A stretch of DNA of 64,000 nucleotides from an uncultured delta proteobacterium. Its GTDB lineage: Bacteria; Myxococcota_A; Polyangia; Fen-1088. Below the pieces are notes generated by a model. That model was given only the letters and a program-made list of their open reading frames with translations, searched no databases and was not told the origin of the DNA. Shown one piece after another: positions 62,290 to 64,000 of this stretch; the stretch's first letter is position 1, and each line of letters starts with the position of its first letter. The stretch covers positions 512,001 to 576,000 of the forward strand of contig CAWCMR010000025.1 of the NCBI GenBank assembly GCA_963796685.1, read 5' to 3'. A program made the translations under genes and the position numbers.

Positions 62290-62724
62290 ATGTACCTCGA
62301 TAGCGCCATCCTGGTGAAGCTCGTGGCGCGCGAATCCGATAGCCTCTTCTACGCGGACATGGTCGAGGGTCAAATTGCTTGGTCGGCCGAGCTGGCTTTG
62401 TCCGAGTGCTTCTCGGCCCTCCTGCGCAAGGAGCGTGAAGGGGCCATCACCGCCCGGCATCGCAATGCGGCCTGGAAACAGCTGGAAGATGACGTCAACC
62501 ATCACCGCCTGAACCTCGTGGGGGTTACCCGCGCACTTCTTGAGCAGGCTAATGCCATCATGGCCACGTGCCACCCTGCTGTCCCGCTACGCTCCTTGGA
62601 CGCCATCCACTTGGCCGCCGCCGCTCAGTGCACCTCGTGGCCCTTGTGCACCAGCGACGCTCGAATGCGTACGGCGGCAGCCATCCTGGGTTTCCCGCTG
62701 TCACCGCTGCCGAGAGCGCGGTGA
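62290..62724 (+). CDS. VapC-family PIN toxin
   Basis: YLDSAILVKL, LRSLDAIHLAAA, TSDARM. Confidence 0.92.
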   Translation: MYLDSAILVKLVARESDSLFYADMVEGQIAWSAELALSECFSALLRKEREGAITARHRNAAWKQLEDDVNHHRLNLVGVTRALLEQANAIMATCHPAVPLRSLDAIHLAAAAQCTSWPLCTSDARMRTAAAILGFPLSPLPRAR

Positions 62725-62743
62725 GTACCCTCGCCTTGCGCTT

Positions 62744-64000
62744 CTATTGCACGGTGATCGTCGCCAACCTCAGACGGTCGTGGCCGTCGCTGGCGCTGGC
62801 GGGCGTAACGGGCGCGCGCGCATTGCCCTTGAAAAGGCCGACGTAGACCGTGTAGAGGCCGGGGGGCATGGCCTGGGTGAAGGTGATGTGCAGGCGATCG
62901 CGGATGCGCTGCCCTGGGTGCCAGCGCTCCATGGGATAGGCGCCCTCGACGGGAACGTGGTCGAGGTTGCGGAAGCCGCCCGGGCCTTCCATGTGGAAGA
63001 AGAGCTTCCAGCCCGGCTCCATGCGGCCGCGCAACTCGAAATAGGTGACCAGCTGCGCGCTGTCGCCGCGGCGAACGGGCTGGGGCGAGAAATCGTAGCC
63101 CGCGACGTGCAAGCTGGGACCGATGGTGGCATCCAACGGCCGGCTGGGCGCGGGCATGGGCGAGCCGGCGGTCGCGACCCCGAAGGCGATCTTGTCGGCG
63201 TACCCCGGCGGCAGCGACAGCAGGGCCACGCGATTGCGCAGCTCTTCCTTGAGCTGCGAGCACGCGGGCTCGCCGGCGGGCGTCCCCCACAGATCCTTCA
63301 GCTCGCCGGGATCGTGGGCAATGTCGTAGCACTCGGTGGTGTTGTCGGGCGTCCAGTTCCAGATCAGGTGATGTGTGGCCGTGACCAGGGCGCGGCGCTT
63401 GACGTTGCCCTCGTAGCTGACCTCCTGAAAGACCGGCCCGGGCGGCGGCTCGGCCGGCTTGCCGGCCAGCAAATCGACCAGCGAGCGGCCGAGGAAAGAT
63501 GGCTCGTGCGGTCCGCGCGCCAGGTTGACGATGGTGGGGGCCAAGTCCACGTGACCGACCGGCGTGGTCAACCGCTGCGCGGGTAGGCCGGGCACGCGGA
63601 TGATGAACGGCACCTTGGTGTGCGGCATGTACAGGTGATAGCCGTGGGCCACGATGCCGTGCTCGCCCAACGATTCGCCATGATCGCCGACCACGATGAT
63701 GGCGGTCTTGTCCCAAAGCCCAAGCGTCCGCAACTCGTCGAGCACGCGGCCGAATTGCTGATCGGTGAACCAGAATCTCGCCATCGTAGAGGTCGGCCTG
63801 GGTATTGCCGAAATTCGGCGCCTCGGGGTGGCGTTGGTAGTCGAGGTGCGGGTCGTAAAAGTGCATCCACAGGAAGAACTTCTCTTGCCCATGGGCCTGC
63901 AAGAACGCGATGCCCTTGTCCGCCATCTGCCGCGCGGAGCTGCCCACGGATTCGGCCGGGCCGTTGACGTTGGTGTGCAGGGCCGCGCAGCTATCGTCGT
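62744..64000 (-). CDS. Sulfatase-family protein, 5' part outside window (frameshift near 63775)
   Basis: FLWMHFYDPH..YDGEI / WFTD..GDHGE..HG..VPFII..DLAPT..DPGE; C-terminal beta-sandwich. Confidence 0.85.
   Translation of the reverse strand, partial: TTIAARPCTPTSTARPNPWAAPRGRWRTRASRSCRPMGKRSSSCGCTFTTRTSTTNATPRRRISAIPRPTSTMARFWFTDQQFGRVLDELRTLGLWDKTAIIVVGDHGESLGEHGIVAHGYHLYMPHTKVPFIIRVPGLPAQRLTTPVGHVDLAPTIVNLARGPHEPSFLGRSLVDLLAGKPAEPPPGPVFQEVSYEGNVKRRALVTATHHLIWNWTPDNTTECYDIAHDPGELKDLWGTPAGEPACSQLKEELRNRVALLSLPPGYADKIAFGVATAGSPMPAPSRPLDATIGPSLHVAGYDFSPQPVRRGDSAQLVTYFELRGRMEPGWKLFFHMEGPGGFRNLDHVPVEGAYPMERWHPGQRIRDRLHITFTQAMPPGLYTVYVGLFKGNARAPVTPASASDGHDRLRLATITVQ

Overview
GC-rich chromosomal segment, most likely from a myxobacterium (Myxococcota, Polyangia-like; inferred from Myxococcus-type Cys-rich repeats, a fibro-slime domain, a MYXO-CTERM-like tail and many Gly/Ser-linker lipoproteins). 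Housekeeping genes: NtrC-type regulator, nrdJ with tandem NrdR boxes and DnaA boxes, divergent ftsE-ftsX-envC-like operon, mutS2, a sirtuin, a pilT-family ATPase, iscS-mnmA and a partial sulfatase. Accessory modules: (i) two ECF sigma / FecR-TPR / secreted-protein clusters. The second continues into a catalytically dead esterase lipoprotein and a GH29 enzyme, and the same TGA(A/C)C-N18-GGTCTA motif precedes both the sigma gene and the GH29 gene. This is the best candidate for an undescribed glycan-sensing system. (ii) A coupled GrpE-Hsp70-large helical protein-J(HPP) chaperone operon. (iii) A split transketolase-GT2-SDR operon. (iv) A 49-53 kb plasticity zone with a RelE-type TA pair, a collapsed integron integrase abutting an attC site, an IS66-like end and gene fragments. 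Several classes of short intergenic repeats are present, plus a GxxExxY remnant. Many single-base frameshifts in accessory genes are probably assembly errors. No rRNA, tRNA or CRISPR array was recognised. All calls come from motif recognition by eye, not database searches.
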